A stretch of DNA of 64,000 bases from Thermodesulfobacteriota bacterium (GTDB taxonomy: Bacteria > Desulfobacterota_D > UBA1144 > Nemesobacterales > UBA2774), in contig OZ244197.1 in NCBI GenBank assembly GCA_965216785.1, positions 1,536,001-1,600,000 of the forward strand, given 5' to 3'. Positions 8,165 through 20,938 of the stretch are shown here, piece by piece. Made by a program: the position numbers and the translations under genes. The notes beneath the pieces were generated by a model. That model was not told the origin of the DNA, made no database searches, and saw only the letters and a program-made list of their open reading frames with translations. How positions within the stretch are numbered: the stretch's first letter is position 1; each line of letters begins with the position of its first letter.

Positions 8165-10198
8165 ATGATACAGCTATCCGGTATATCTTTATCTTTTGGC
8201 TCAAGAGAGATATTTAAGAGCCTGAATTGGAACATCAAACAGGGTAAGAGAATCGGTCTCTTCGGCCCAAACGGCGTTGGTAAGACTACGCTCCTAAACA
8301 TGATAGCGGGCAGGTTTGCGCCTGATGAGGGCAAGCTTTCAATCCCGCCATCACACGTGATCGGCTATCTCCCTCAGGAGGCTCAGGAGATAGCTACAGA
8401 CAAAACCGTTGTGTCTGAAGCCCTGAGCGCGTTTAAGGACATAAAGGAGCTTGAGCGTGAAGAGGAAAAGCTCACGAAAGAGCTTGAATCGAGTAGGGAT
8501 GAAAGCTCCCCTGAGTACAAAAAAATACTTCTGAGACTGGACTCCGTGCACGAAGAGCTCCGCTCCAGGGACTCGCACACGGTACGTTTCCAGGCTGAGA
8601 AGATGCTCACGGGGCTTGGCTTTGAAGCGGGAGAGTTGGAAAAAGAGCTCGGTACTTTCTCGGGCGGATGGAGGATGAGAGTGGCGCTTGCAAAGCTCCT
8701 TCTTAGAAAGCCAAACGTCCTCTTGCTCGATGAGCCGACGAACCATCTGGATATTGAAAGCATCGACTGGCTCGAAGGTTATTTGCAGAGGCTTGAAGGA
8801 AGCGTGGTGCTGGTGTCTCACGACCGCTATTTTCTGGATAGAATGGTGAACACTATAGCGGAGCTCGAGGGCGGGCAGATTACAGAGTACGCGGGGAATT
8901 ACTCTACATACCTCACTGAAAAGAGCTCCAGGCTTGAAATACAAAAAGCGGCTTATGATAATCAGCAGAGAATGATAAAAGATACGGAGCGGTTTATCGA
9001 GAGGTTCCGCTACAAGAACACGAAGGCAAAACAGGTGCAGAGCAGGGTTAAAATGCTCGAGAAGCTAGAGAGGCTCCCCGAGCCCGCAAGCGAGGGCGCT
9101 CAGGTTCATATTAAATTCCCGGAGCCAGAGCGATCGGGCAAAGTGGTGCTGGAACTATCTGAATTCACAAAAATCTACCCCGGTGTAGGCGGGGTGGAAA
9201 ATGAGGTGTTTTCAGACGCGGGACCGCTTAGTATTTCGAGAGGTGACAAGATTGCTCTAATCGGCAAAAACGGCGCGGGCAAGAGTACGCTGTCACGGAT
9301 ACTTGTGGGCGAAGAGTCGTTTTCCGGGGATAGAAAAATGGGGCATAAAGTCGAACTGACTTTCTTTGCACAGCACCAGGCCGAGACGCTCGACCCTAAA
9401 AACAATATCCTAGAGGAGCTCGAGTCTGAGAGCAGGGGAAGGAGCGAAACCGAAATCCGCTCGCTCCTGGGAGCTTTCCTGTTCTCGGGAGAAGAGGTTT
9501 ACAAAAAAGTCGGGGTGCTTTCCGGAGGGGAAAAGAGTAGGGTGGCTCTGGCAAAGACGCTTTTATATCCTAAGAACTTCATGATCCTGGACGAGCCTAC
9601 GAACCACCTGGACATACAGTCAAGAAATGTTCTCGTAGACGCGTTAAGGCAGTACGGCGGCACCTTTGTTATTGTAAGCCACGACCGGCATTTCCTTGAC
9701 CGTGTGGCAAATAAGATCTGGTACGCGGAAGATAAGAAAATCGTCACCTACCCCGGTACTTATTCCGAATTCCGTTATCACCAGGACCTAAGGGAGGGCG
9801 GGGGCGAAGCTGCTGACTCAACCCGGACCGAAGCTATATCCGGCACTAAAAATATTGGTCGTAAAAACCCCGAAGAAACAAAGCGTGAGTCTGCTCAAAG
9901 ACGCAACCGCCTGTACAGAGAGTTAAAGGAGCACGGGCTCGAGGGAATGGACAACTGGAGCGAGCTTACGCACGCTCAGCTAAAAGACGCGCTTTCGGAG
10001 CTCGAAGTGAAAATCCACGGGTTTGAAGAAGACAGGGATAAACTGGAGCAGTTTCTGGCAGACCCCGAGAGCTTTAAAGACAAGGAGCGGTCCGAAGAAG
10101 CCGCTCAAGATTTTAGCAGGCTAAACGAACATCTTAAAAAGCTATACGAAACCTGGGATTCGGTATCATCTCATTTAGACAGTATCTCCGTAGAATAA
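8165..10198 (+). CDS. ABC-F family ATP-binding protein
   Basis: Two ABC domains (GPNGVGKTT/FSGGW/LDEPTNHLD and GKNGAGKST/LSGGE/LDEPTNHLD), no TM segments, C-terminal coiled coil. Confidence 0.95.
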   Translation: MIQLSGISLSFGSREIFKSLNWNIKQGKRIGLFGPNGVGKTTLLNMIAGRFAPDEGKLSIPPSHVIGYLPQEAQEIATDKTVVSEALSAFKDIKELEREEEKLTKELESSRDESSPEYKKILLRLDSVHEELRSRDSHTVRFQAEKMLTGLGFEAGELEKELGTFSGGWRMRVALAKLLLRKPNVLLLDEPTNHLDIESIDWLEGYLQRLEGSVVLVSHDRYFLDRMVNTIAELEGGQITEYAGNYSTYLTEKSSRLEIQKAAYDNQQRMIKDTERFIERFRYKNTKAKQVQSRVKMLEKLERLPEPASEGAQVHIKFPEPERSGKVVLELSEFTKIYPGVGGVENEVFSDAGPLSISRGDKIALIGKNGAGKSTLSRILVGEESFSGDRKMGHKVELTFFAQHQAETLDPKNNILEELESESRGRSETEIRSLLGAFLFSGEEVYKKVGVLSGGEKSRVALAKTLLYPKNFMILDEPTNHLDIQSRNVLVDALRQYGGTFVIVSHDRHFLDRVANKIWYAEDKKIVTYPGTYSEFRYHQDLREGGGEAADSTRTEAISGTKNIGRKNPEETKRESAQRRNRLYRELKEHGLEGMDNWSELTHAQLKDALSELEVKIHGFEEDRDKLEQFLADPESFKDKERSEEAAQDFSRLNEHLKKLYETWDSVSSHLDSISVE

Positions 10199-10301
10199 AC
10201 CGCTTACTTCTCATATTATTCTATCTTAAGCTCCACCTAACTTTAGGCATGTATTATGGGATGAGTTTAGCCGTCTTTTGATTCACAGAACATGTCGGGG
10301 A

Positions 10302-11159
10302 TCAAGACCTGCCGTATGCCATATTCTCGAGCCTTCTGATGCGCTCTTCCATGGGCGGATGTGTGCTGAATAGCTTCCCTATTCCGCCGTGAAGAGGGCT
10401 CGCAATGAGCATATGAGATGTGCTGTCGGCGACCTGCTCGCTTACCTGAAGCGGAACCCTGCCGGAGGCGGCTCCGAGTTTTCGGAGCGCGTTTGCCAAA
10501 GAGATGGGGTTGCCGCATATCTCGGCCCCGCCTTTGTCGGCTCCGTATTCCCTGGTTCTAGAGATCGCGAGCCTTATAATAGTGGCCGCAATCGGCGCCA
10601 GTATGGCCATTGCTATGAGAGCAAAGGGGTTTGCGCCCCTGTCCCTTCCGCCGCCCCCTCCGAAGATGGCCGCAAACTGCGCCATGTAGGCAAGATACGT
10701 TATGGCCGTCGCAAGAGTGGCCGCGATCGAGCCGATCAATATGTCTCTGTTCTTAATGTGGGCAAGCTCGTGAGCAAGAACGCCCTTGAGCTCGTCACGG
10801 GTGAGCAGTCTCATAATCCCCTGTGTAACAGCAACCGCGGAGTGGTTATAGTTTCTCCCTGTAGCGAAAGCATTTGGCTGGTCCTGAGGGGTGATATACA
10901 CCTTTGGCATTGGGAGTCCCGCGTTTTGTGCGAGCTCCTGTACGTCTCCGTAAAGCTCCGGGGCGTCCTCGTACTTTACCTCTTTACCTTTGTAGAGGGA
11001 AAGCACTATCTTGTCGCTCCACCAGTAACTGGCAAAGTTCATGACGAGCGCGATGATAAGTGCTATCGTCGCTCCGCCCTGGCCCCCGAAATATGCGCCG
11101 ATCGCGAGCAGAATGCCCGACATCCCGGCAAGTAGTATTACGCTCTTAAGAGTATTCAT
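10302..11159 (-). CDS. htpX: Zinc metalloprotease HtpX
   Basis: PNAFATG, HELAH, SRTREYGAD and LFSTHPP motifs. Start taken at the ATG after GAGGTG. Confidence 0.95.
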   Translation of the reverse strand: MNTLKSVILLAGMSGILLAIGAYFGGQGGATIALIIALVMNFASYWWSDKIVLSLYKGKEVKYEDAPELYGDVQELAQNAGLPMPKVYITPQDQPNAFATGRNYNHSAVAVTQGIMRLLTRDELKGVLAHELAHIKNRDILIGSIAATLATAITYLAYMAQFAAIFGGGGGRDRGANPFALIAMAILAPIAATIIRLAISRTREYGADKGGAEICGNPISLANALRKLGAASGRVPLQVSEQVADSTSHMLIASPLHGGIGKLFSTHPPMEERIRRLENMAYGRS

Positions 11160-11291
11160 AACGAGTTTCACCTCTATAAATGGATATCACTAAAAACCCT
11201 TTATTTAAAATATATTATCAAGATAATGCCTAAGCCCCAAAATTCAAGTATCATTTCATGCCTATAAAATCGGTTTTGACGGGAATTTTAA

Positions 11292-11606
11292 ATGATTGGA
11301 CAAATAATATGGCCGTTGCTAAGCGGGTTTACTAATGCGTTTTTGCTCACGAGAGTGGTACAGTACTTTCTTAAGTTTACAAAGCTGCCGGGTAAAACTA
11401 GAGCTTATATTACATTTTTTCTTATCTCTTCAATTGACCTTATAGGCCTGGTAATATACTTCGGCGATATCAGAAACGGCCTTTCGGCATTGCTCTTTTT
11501 TTATATGCCTTTTCTAGTTATGTGGCTTATGAAAGACTTATTGGAGGCTTCTAGATTAGAAAGGGAGAAGGCAGAGGAAGAAAAACAACCAGGACGAGCG
11601 GAATAA
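11292..11606 (+). CDS. Hypothetical membrane protein (3 TM)
   Basis: Hydrophobic ORF, closely spaced with the next ORF. Confidence 0.55.
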   Translation: MIGQIIWPLLSGFTNAFLLTRVVQYFLKFTKLPGKTRAYITFFLISSIDLIGLVIYFGDIRNGLSALLFFYMPFLVMWLMKDLLEASRLEREKAEEEKQPGRAE

Positions 11607-11608
11607 CT

Positions 11609-11896
11609 ATGGACATAACAGACAGAAAGAATAATAAGATCGATATAGTGCTAACTCTCTACGGCGATATACTGTATGACCTGAGCCAAAAAATCGGCCG
11701 TAAGGACATAGACTACGACGCCGTAAAAAGAGCTGCGCATGAGGTGCTTGACGAATCTCTCACAGATATGGACCTTTCCTCAATACTTAAGCTCGAGGGC
11801 AGCTTAAACGGAAAATTCCCGGGTGTGCAGAGCCGCTTAAAGAAACTCCTTAAAGTCCAGGTAAAGAAGCGTATCCTTAACGGGCAGGCTGAATAA
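11609..11896 (+). CDS. Hypothetical protein
   Basis: 95-aa ORF starting 2 nt after the previous gene. Confidence 0.55.
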   Translation: MDITDRKNNKIDIVLTLYGDILYDLSQKIGRKDIDYDAVKRAAHEVLDESLTDMDLSSILKLEGSLNGKFPGVQSRLKKLLKVQVKKRILNGQAE

Positions 11897-11949
11897 TTCT
11901 TCTAAGCAGTCACAATTTTTTCATATTTAAAACGGTTTAGACATACTCT

Positions 11950-11978
11950 TTGACATCTTTTTTATTCTTTACTAGAAT
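11950..11978 (+). promoter_or_regulatory. Sigma70-type promoter for purC
   Basis: TTGACA-17 nt-TAGAAT. Confidence 0.75.
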
Positions 11979-12044
11979 CTTCATCTGAGGTTCCAAATCT
12001 TATATCAAGGGAGAGGGTATATTACGTCACAGGAAGGAGTTTTA

Positions 12045-12914
12045 ATGCAGACGGAGTTTCTGGGAGTAGGCGCGCCTAAAAGGGGAAAAGTGCGCGATAT
12101 ATACGATTTGGGGGATGAGCTCCTCATAGTAGTATCGGACCGTATATCGGCGTTTGACGTAATTTTGCCGCAGGGAATTCCCGGAAAGGGAGCGGTGCTG
12201 AATCAGATCTCAAAATACTGGTTCAACAACACGGCCGATATAATACCGAATCACCTCATATCAACAGAGGTTTGCGATTTCCCGCACGAGTTCCACGCTT
12301 ACGCAGATGTTCTCGAGGGAAGGAGTATGCTCGTGCAGAAGACAAAGCCGCTTCCGGTCGAATGTGTCGTCAGGGGATACATTACAGGCTCTGGCTGGAA
12401 GGAATACCAAAAGAGCGAATCCGTTTGCGGTATAGCGCTTCCGTCAGGACTCGTGGAATCGGACAAGCTGAAAGACCCTATATTCACACCTTCCACTAAG
12501 GCCGAAGAGGGCGAGCACGACGAGAATATAACCTTTGAGCAGACGGTAGAGCTGATAGGGCAGGAGCTTTCTGAAAAAGTAAGGGACGTAAGCATAGCGC
12601 TCTATTCCAAGGCAAGAGACATAGCGGACAAGAAAGGGATAATAATCGCCGACACAAAGTTTGAGTTCGGTCTTGATGACGACGGACAGTTGATCCTGAT
12701 TGACGAGGCGCTGACGCCCGATTCATCAAGGTTCTGGCCAAAGGACGACTACGAGCCCGGAAGGGGACAGAAGAGCTTTGACAAACAGTTCGTAAGGGAC
12801 TATCTGAGCTCGATTGGGTGGGACAAAAACCCTCCTGCCCCGGACCTCCCGGAAGATGTGATACTAAAGTCATCAGAAAAGTATCATGAAGCCCTGGACA
12901 GACTTATTAAGTGA
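12045..12914 (+). CDS. purC: SAICAR synthetase
   Basis: [31 protein letters not shown] and DKQFVRD motifs. Confidence 0.97.
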   Translation: MQTEFLGVGAPKRGKVRDIYDLGDELLIVVSDRISAFDVILPQGIPGKGAVLNQISKYWFNNTADIIPNHLISTEVCDFPHEFHAYADVLEGRSMLVQKTKPLPVECVVRGYITGSGWKEYQKSESVCGIALPSGLVESDKLKDPIFTPSTKAEEGEHDENITFEQTVELIGQELSEKVRDVSIALYSKARDIADKKGIIIADTKFEFGLDDDGQLILIDEALTPDSSRFWPKDDYEPGRGQKSFDKQFVRDYLSSIGWDKNPPAPDLPEDVILKSSEKYHEALDRLIK

Positions 12915-13076
12915 AGCGGGTTTGTTAACTGAGTCAGGCTTAAATTTGAGTATACTGATCGCCGGTGTTAATCTCGGTTATGACTTTTAGATAGGAATGA
13001 GATGATGCGCCGAATCTATGCGGGTTATTCCACTCGTTTGTATTCGTATCGATACTAATTTGTGTGGTCATTCAAA

Positions 13077-13895
13077 ATGGAATCTGTAAGCATACTGGGA
13101 TGTGGCTGGCTTGGGCTTCCTCTGGCAGAGAGCCTGCTTGAGAGGGGCTATAGGGTGAAGGGGTCCACTAGAAATTTTGCTCATCTGAGTAATCTTAAAC
13201 CAAAAGGAATAGAGCCTTATTATATATCGCTTAACCCGTACGTGATCGGCAGGAACATTAGTGAATTTCTTTCCTCAGAGGTGCTGATACTCAACTTCCC
13301 GCCCGAGAGAAGAGAGGATATAGAATCCTATCACGTTACCCAAATCGAGCACCTTATATACGAGCTTAAGTATAGTCCTGTGAGTAAGATAGTGTTCATA
13401 AGCTCAACATCGGTCTATCCGAATCTTAACCGCGAAGTAGTTGAGAAAGATAGTGTTTCACCCGAAAAACCCTCTGGGAGAGCACTCCTTTCCGTAGAGC
13501 GGTTACTTCTGGGTAGCGGCGATTTCGAGACTACTGTAATAAGATTCGGGGGGCTCATAGGGTATGACCGAAAGCCAGGGAGGTTTCTATCCGGAAGGAA
13601 GGGGCTAACGGGCGGAGACTCCCCCGTGAATCTCATACACCGTGACGATTGTATCGGGGTTATCGAAACCATAATGGATAAAGGTGTTTGGGGAGAGAAT
13701 TTTAACGCTTGCGCCGATATGCATCCCAAAAGAAAAGACTACTACTCTGAGCAGGCGAGGATCGGGGGTTTTGATCCCCCGGAGTTCAAAGAGGATGAAG
13801 CAAGCGATCATAAAATCGTAAGCTCCGCGAAGCTAAAGAGCCATACAGGTTATGAATTTAAGTATCCCGACCCTTCGAAAATAGAAGAAACTTAG
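13077..13895 (+). CDS. Atypical SDR / NAD-dependent epimerase (YeeZ-like)
   Basis: ILGCGWLG, FISSTSVY and VNLIHRDD motifs. Confidence 0.85.
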   Translation: MESVSILGCGWLGLPLAESLLERGYRVKGSTRNFAHLSNLKPKGIEPYYISLNPYVIGRNISEFLSSEVLILNFPPERREDIESYHVTQIEHLIYELKYSPVSKIVFISSTSVYPNLNREVVEKDSVSPEKPSGRALLSVERLLLGSGDFETTVIRFGGLIGYDRKPGRFLSGRKGLTGGDSPVNLIHRDDCIGVIETIMDKGVWGENFNACADMHPKRKDYYSEQARIGGFDPPEFKEDEASDHKIVSSAKLKSHTGYEFKYPDPSKIEET

Positions 13896-14157
13896 TACGT
13901 CCTCGGTGCTATAGATCCTATATATAGCTTGGTTTTATTGCTTGTTCTGTTATAATTAACTGTATTGAATAGTTATATCACCATTGGGGTATCAAAAATA
14001 AACCAAATCAGCCTAGAGGAAACCTCTTCCAGGTTTATCAACTTTTTGTGTAAACAGACCATATGACATCAATATATAGCATATATATTGAAGCTGAGAT
14101 AAGAGCGCTGAACGAGGGCTGCAGTTCAAAATCCACAGGAGGATATAGCATACGCAT

Positions 14158-15129
14158 ATGCAAGAATCCGTAAGTTACCAAAACGGTGTTAAGAGAGAGC
14201 TTGAGTTTGAGGATAACGCGATAATAAAAGAGCTCTACGGTCAGCAAAACACAAACCTGAAGGAAGTAGAGAACCTATACGGTGTGAAGATCCATTCAAG
14301 AGGCGGTAAGCTCAGCTTCGAGGGGGAAGACCCTGAGGTACAGTCGGCTCACAAGCTCCTAAAGGAGATTTACGGGCTAATTGAAAAGGGTTATACCCTT
14401 AACCCCGGAGACCTGGAGCTTGCCTCGCGAATAGTGGAAGAAAACAAGATTAAGCTTGAGGATATATTTCTGGATACCATATGCGTATCTACGAGAAAGA
14501 GGATAATTGCTCCCAAGAGTCTAACTCAGAAGCTCTATATAGAGTCGATACGAAAACACGATATAGTGTTTGGAGTCGGCCCGGCGGGAACGGGAAAGAC
14601 CTATCTTGCAATGGCTATGGCGGTGTCGGCATTCGTAAATAAAGAAGTGAACCGAATAATACTGACAAGGCCGGCAGTTGAAGCCGGAGAGAAGCTCGGA
14701 TTCCTACCCGGCGACCTCACACAGAAAGTAGACCCGTACTTAAGGCCGCTATTGGACGCGCTTTTCGACATGCTGGACTACGACAAAGCCACTAGGCTTC
14801 TTGAGAAAGGAGCGATAGAGGTTGCCCCGCTCGCGTTTATGAGGGGAAGGACCTTAAACGACGCGTTTGTGGTGCTGGACGAGGCACAGAACACGACTTC
14901 GATGCAGATGAAAATGTTTCTTACAAGGCTCGGTTTCAGTTCAAAAGCTGTTATTACAGGCGATACCACCCAGGTGGACCTTGCTTCTGATGAGAAATCG
15001 GGGCTACTTGAAGCAGAGAGATTGATCAAGCAAATAAATGGTATTTCCTTCGTTTATTTTTCCAAACACGATGTAGTCAGACACCCACTTGTGAGAAAAA
15101 TAATTGAAGCTTATGAAAATATCTCGTAA
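14158..15129 (+). CDS. phoH: PhoH-like ATPase (YbeZ type)
   Basis: GPAGTGKTYLA, RPAVEAGEKLGFLPG, FMRGRT, DEAQN and DVVRHPLV motifs. Confidence 0.95.
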   Translation: MQESVSYQNGVKRELEFEDNAIIKELYGQQNTNLKEVENLYGVKIHSRGGKLSFEGEDPEVQSAHKLLKEIYGLIEKGYTLNPGDLELASRIVEENKIKLEDIFLDTICVSTRKRIIAPKSLTQKLYIESIRKHDIVFGVGPAGTGKTYLAMAMAVSAFVNKEVNRIILTRPAVEAGEKLGFLPGDLTQKVDPYLRPLLDALFDMLDYDKATRLLEKGAIEVAPLAFMRGRTLNDAFVVLDEAQNTTSMQMKMFLTRLGFSSKAVITGDTTQVDLASDEKSGLLEAERLIKQINGISFVYFSKHDVVRHPLVRKIIEAYENIS

Positions 15130-15181
15130 GCTTTGTGTTATAATTTTACTGTGAATTTTTTCTACTAATCCGGAGGCGTTA

Positions 15182-15634
15182 ATGTACAGATTGTTTATCA
15201 TACCGGCATTGCTCGTTAGCATGTTTTTATATTCTGGGTGCACGCATGAATGGAAGGATCCGGAAACTTCTCTTGCGGCGATGAATATCAGCATTGCCGA
15301 TCTTTTGACAAACCGCGATATTTATGACAGCGCAGGTGTAAGGGTAATAGGCAGAGCGTGGTACGTTACACGAGGCAATATTGTTGAAAACGATGACGGA
15401 AGCCAAGATATTTATACTATGTTTGTAATCGCGGACAGGAAAGGGACTGGTATAGACGTTTATGTGCCCGGGGAGGCACCGGTAAACGAAGGTGATTTTC
15501 TTCGTGTAGTCGGTATATATAGAAAGCAGTTTCAGCCAGAAGGCGACTATTTTTCAAACAGGATTGACGCAGTCAGACTTGAGTCATGGCAGCCCGGAAC
15601 CAATTATTGGATAAGAGAATTCGAATTTGATTGA
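15182..15634 (+). CDS. Putative OB-fold lipoprotein
   Basis: GGAGG RBS, lipobox-like YSGC, OB-like VRVIG...EGDFLRVVGIY pattern. Confidence 0.55.
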   Translation: MYRLFIIPALLVSMFLYSGCTHEWKDPETSLAAMNISIADLLTNRDIYDSAGVRVIGRAWYVTRGNIVENDDGSQDIYTMFVIADRKGTGIDVYVPGEAPVNEGDFLRVVGIYRKQFQPEGDYFSNRIDAVRLESWQPGTNYWIREFEFD

Positions 15635-15665
15635 TTCCGCCCTTCGTAATTACTTTAGAGTTATC

Positions 15666-18204
<2,539 letters not shown>

Positions 18205-18205
<1 letters not shown>

Positions 18206-19791
18206 TAACATTTAACCTGTGTAACTGAGATTATGTCGGGCAGCTGTCTTATCTTTTCTATGACTTCTTCAGATACCGGGGAATCTACGTTGGTAAAAAC
18301 CATTGCCCTTCCGCCTATTGCTTCCCGGCCCAAATGCATGCGCCCGATATTCACACCGTTTTCTCCGAGTACCGAGCACATAGCGCCAATAAACCCTGGT
18401 TTATCGTTGTTTTCGCTCACAAGGAGGTAGCCGCTGGGTACAACGTCTATGGATACGTCGTTAACCCTTACGAACCTTGGCTCTTCTTTGCCGAAAATCG
18501 TACCCGAGACGTTGCTTTCGCCTTCTTCGGTTCTTACTTTAATTGTAATCAAGCTTGTATAGTCTTTTGTTTGGGAGGACTTTGATTCTATTACCTTTAT
18601 CCCCTTATCCTCCGCTATAACTGGGGCGTTTACAAAGCTCACCGGGGTGTCCATCATAGGAGTGAGGAAGCCTTTGAGCGCCGCAACGGTAATGGGGTTG
18701 GTATCAAATTCCGAAACCTCTCCATCGTACTCTATGTGGATCTCTTTCACGCCGCCTTTACATAGCTGACCCTGCAGGCTGCCGAGAAGCTCGGCCAAAT
18801 TTAAATAGGGTTTCATTACTTTAATCACGTCAAGGCTTACGGAAGGCATGTTAACGGCGTTATTTACTACGTCGTTTACAAGAAAGTCCGCTACCTGCTC
18901 TGCGATCGCGAGCCCTACTTTTGTCTGCGCCTCTTCAGTAGAAGCTCCGAGATGAGGGGTAAAAACCACATTCTCTTCAAGCGTAAGTAAAGGGTTTCCT
19001 TCCTCCGGGGGCTCGTTTACATAAACGTCAAATGCCGCTCCTGCAAGCTTGCCTTCGCTCACGGCCTCTGTTATATCCTGTTCGTTTGCGACTCCGCCCC
19101 TTGCGCAGTTGATGAGTATTAATCCTGGTTTTGTCTTTTCGAATGTGTCTTTATTTATAAGGTCTTTGGTGTCTGGGGTTAGGGGGGTGTGAATTGTTAT
19201 GAAATCCGCTCTCTCAAGTAGCTCGTCCAAGCTTACAAGCTCGACCCCTAGTTTTTCGGCGGCTTCTTTCGTAAGATACGGATCATAGGCTATGACATTC
19301 ATCTTAAGCCCGATCGCCCTGTCGGCAACGAGCTTTCCTATGTTTCCAAGCCCGATGCAGCCAAGTGTCTTGCCATATATCTCAACCCCTTTGAATTTGC
19401 TCCTCTCCCATTTGCCCGACATAAGCGACGCGTGGGCCTGGGGGATTCTCCTGGCAATCGACAGCATGAGCGTGATTGCGTGCTCGGCGGTCGTGATCGC
19501 GTTTGCCTCGGGGGTGTTCATGACGACGATGCCTCTTTTTGTAGCTGCTTGGACATCTACGTTGTCTACACCTATTCCGGCGCGTCCAATGGCTTTAAGC
19601 TTTTTTGCCGCATCAATTACGTCGGAGGTTACTTTTGTCGCGCTTCTTACTATGAGAGCGTCGTAGTCGCCGACTATATCGAGCAGCTCCTCTTTTGGCA
19701 TACCTTTTTTTACGTCTATCTCCAGCCCGCCCGCAGATTCGAGAATGCTCAAACCTTCCTTAGCCAGACCGTCCGTTATTAATACTTTCAA
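18205..19791 (-). CDS. serA: D-3-phosphoglycerate dehydrogenase (long form with ASB and ACT domains)
   Basis: RAGIGVDNVD, GLGNIG, NCARGG and PHLGAST motifs; TTG start after GGAGG. Confidence 0.96.
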
Positions 19792-19861
19792 TTTTGCCTC
19801 CAAAAATACTTTTACAATTTTTGTATCAGAATTGTTCAGGGGATGATCTCAACGGCATAAC

Positions 19862-19890
19862 AATATATGCGAGCTATGAAATGTTGTCAA
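19862..19890 (-). promoter_or_regulatory. Sigma70-type promoter for serA-hisZ-purA
   Basis: Minus strand TTGACA-17 nt-TATATT. Confidence 0.65.
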
Positions 19891-20068
19891 TCCGGCGGGG
19901 GTTCTATAAAAGACAGCAAAGCTTAAGAGCGCTAAATCCAGCGTCGTAATTATGTGTTAAACCCGGCCTTTCTGAGTAGCTGCGGGATAGTTCCCACAGC
20001 CTGTGAGACGAAAAGAACTGCTTAAAAATTGTGAAGCGCTAAGTGTTAAGTTAATATTTGGGGCACTC

Positions 20069-20836
20069 ATGGACGAAGCGAAGATGACTTTTATTGATCA
20101 CCTCAGTGAGCTCAGGAGGCGTATACTCTGGAGCTTGCTCGCCGTGGCAATCCTATTTGTGCCGGCCTATTATTTCTCAGCGGAAATTTTTGATTTCCTC
20201 ATGAAGCCTCTTATAGAGAATCTTCCCGAGGGGAGCTCTCTTATTTTCACGCGGCCTGCCGAGGGATTTACGACCTATCTGAAGGTGTCCTTTTTCGCCG
20301 CGCTAATAGTAGCTGTGCCATTCATTCTGTACCAGGCGTGGAGGTTCATAGCGCCTGCTCTTTATAGGCAGGAAAAGCAGATCGTTGTGCCCTTTATTTT
20401 GTTCGGATCACTCTTCTTTGCGGCAGGCGCCGCTTTTTGCTACTACGTCGCTTCACCGCCTGCGTTTAAGTTTCTCTTAAACGAATATTCCTCTGATTAC
20501 GTAAAAGCCTTTCCCACAATCAGAGAGGGGCTGTCGTTTTTCATGGCGTTAATTTTCGGATTCGGCCTGGTGTTCGAGTTCCCGCTTATTATCTTCGTAC
20601 TGGCTAGAGTCGGCATCGTTACGAGCTCCTGGCTCAGGCAGAAAAGAAAGTACGCTCTTCTCGTAAGCGCTGTTGTAGCCGCAATCCTTACGCCTACGAC
20701 GGACGCGGTGTCGATGATGCTGATGTTCGTTCCCATACTGGTATTCTATGAGCTTGGAATTTTGGTTGCGTGGCTCTTCGGCAAGAAAAAAGTAGAGGCT
20801 CCTGAAGAAGCGGACGCTGACACTCCGTTCCCGTAA
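20069..20836 (+). CDS. tatC: Twin-arginine translocase subunit TatC
   Basis: MTFIDHLSELRRR, YQAWRFIAPALY, FGLVFEFP and AAILTP motifs. Confidence 0.95.
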   Translation: MDEAKMTFIDHLSELRRRILWSLLAVAILFVPAYYFSAEIFDFLMKPLIENLPEGSSLIFTRPAEGFTTYLKVSFFAALIVAVPFILYQAWRFIAPALYRQEKQIVVPFILFGSLFFAAGAAFCYYVASPPAFKFLLNEYSSDYVKAFPTIREGLSFFMALIFGFGLVFEFPLIIFVLARVGIVTSSWLRQKRKYALLVSAVVAAILTPTTDAVSMMLMFVPILVFYELGILVAWLFGKKKVEAPEEADADTPFP

Positions 20837-20837
20837 G

Positions 20838-20870
20838 TTGACAATTTTACTTATTGAAAATAAAGTTTCA
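20838..20870 (+). promoter_or_regulatory. Putative promoter with an overlapping TGAAA-N6-TTTCA palindrome upstream of the acyl-CoA ligase
   Basis: TTGACA-17 nt-TAAAGT; inverted repeat at 20855-20870. Confidence 0.45.
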
Positions 20871-20938
20871 TGGTGATAAAACCAGGCTATGCCGCGCATT
20901 GCGGCGAGTCTTAAATTTAATTTCGAGAGGTACATGTC

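Noticed and set aside
10389-11135. 248-aa plus-strand ORF
   Set aside because: It is an antisense shadow of htpX with no motifs.
11979-12044. Purine, ZTP or PRPP riboswitch before purC
   Set aside because: The leader is only about 60 nt and no aptamer consensus is recognisable.
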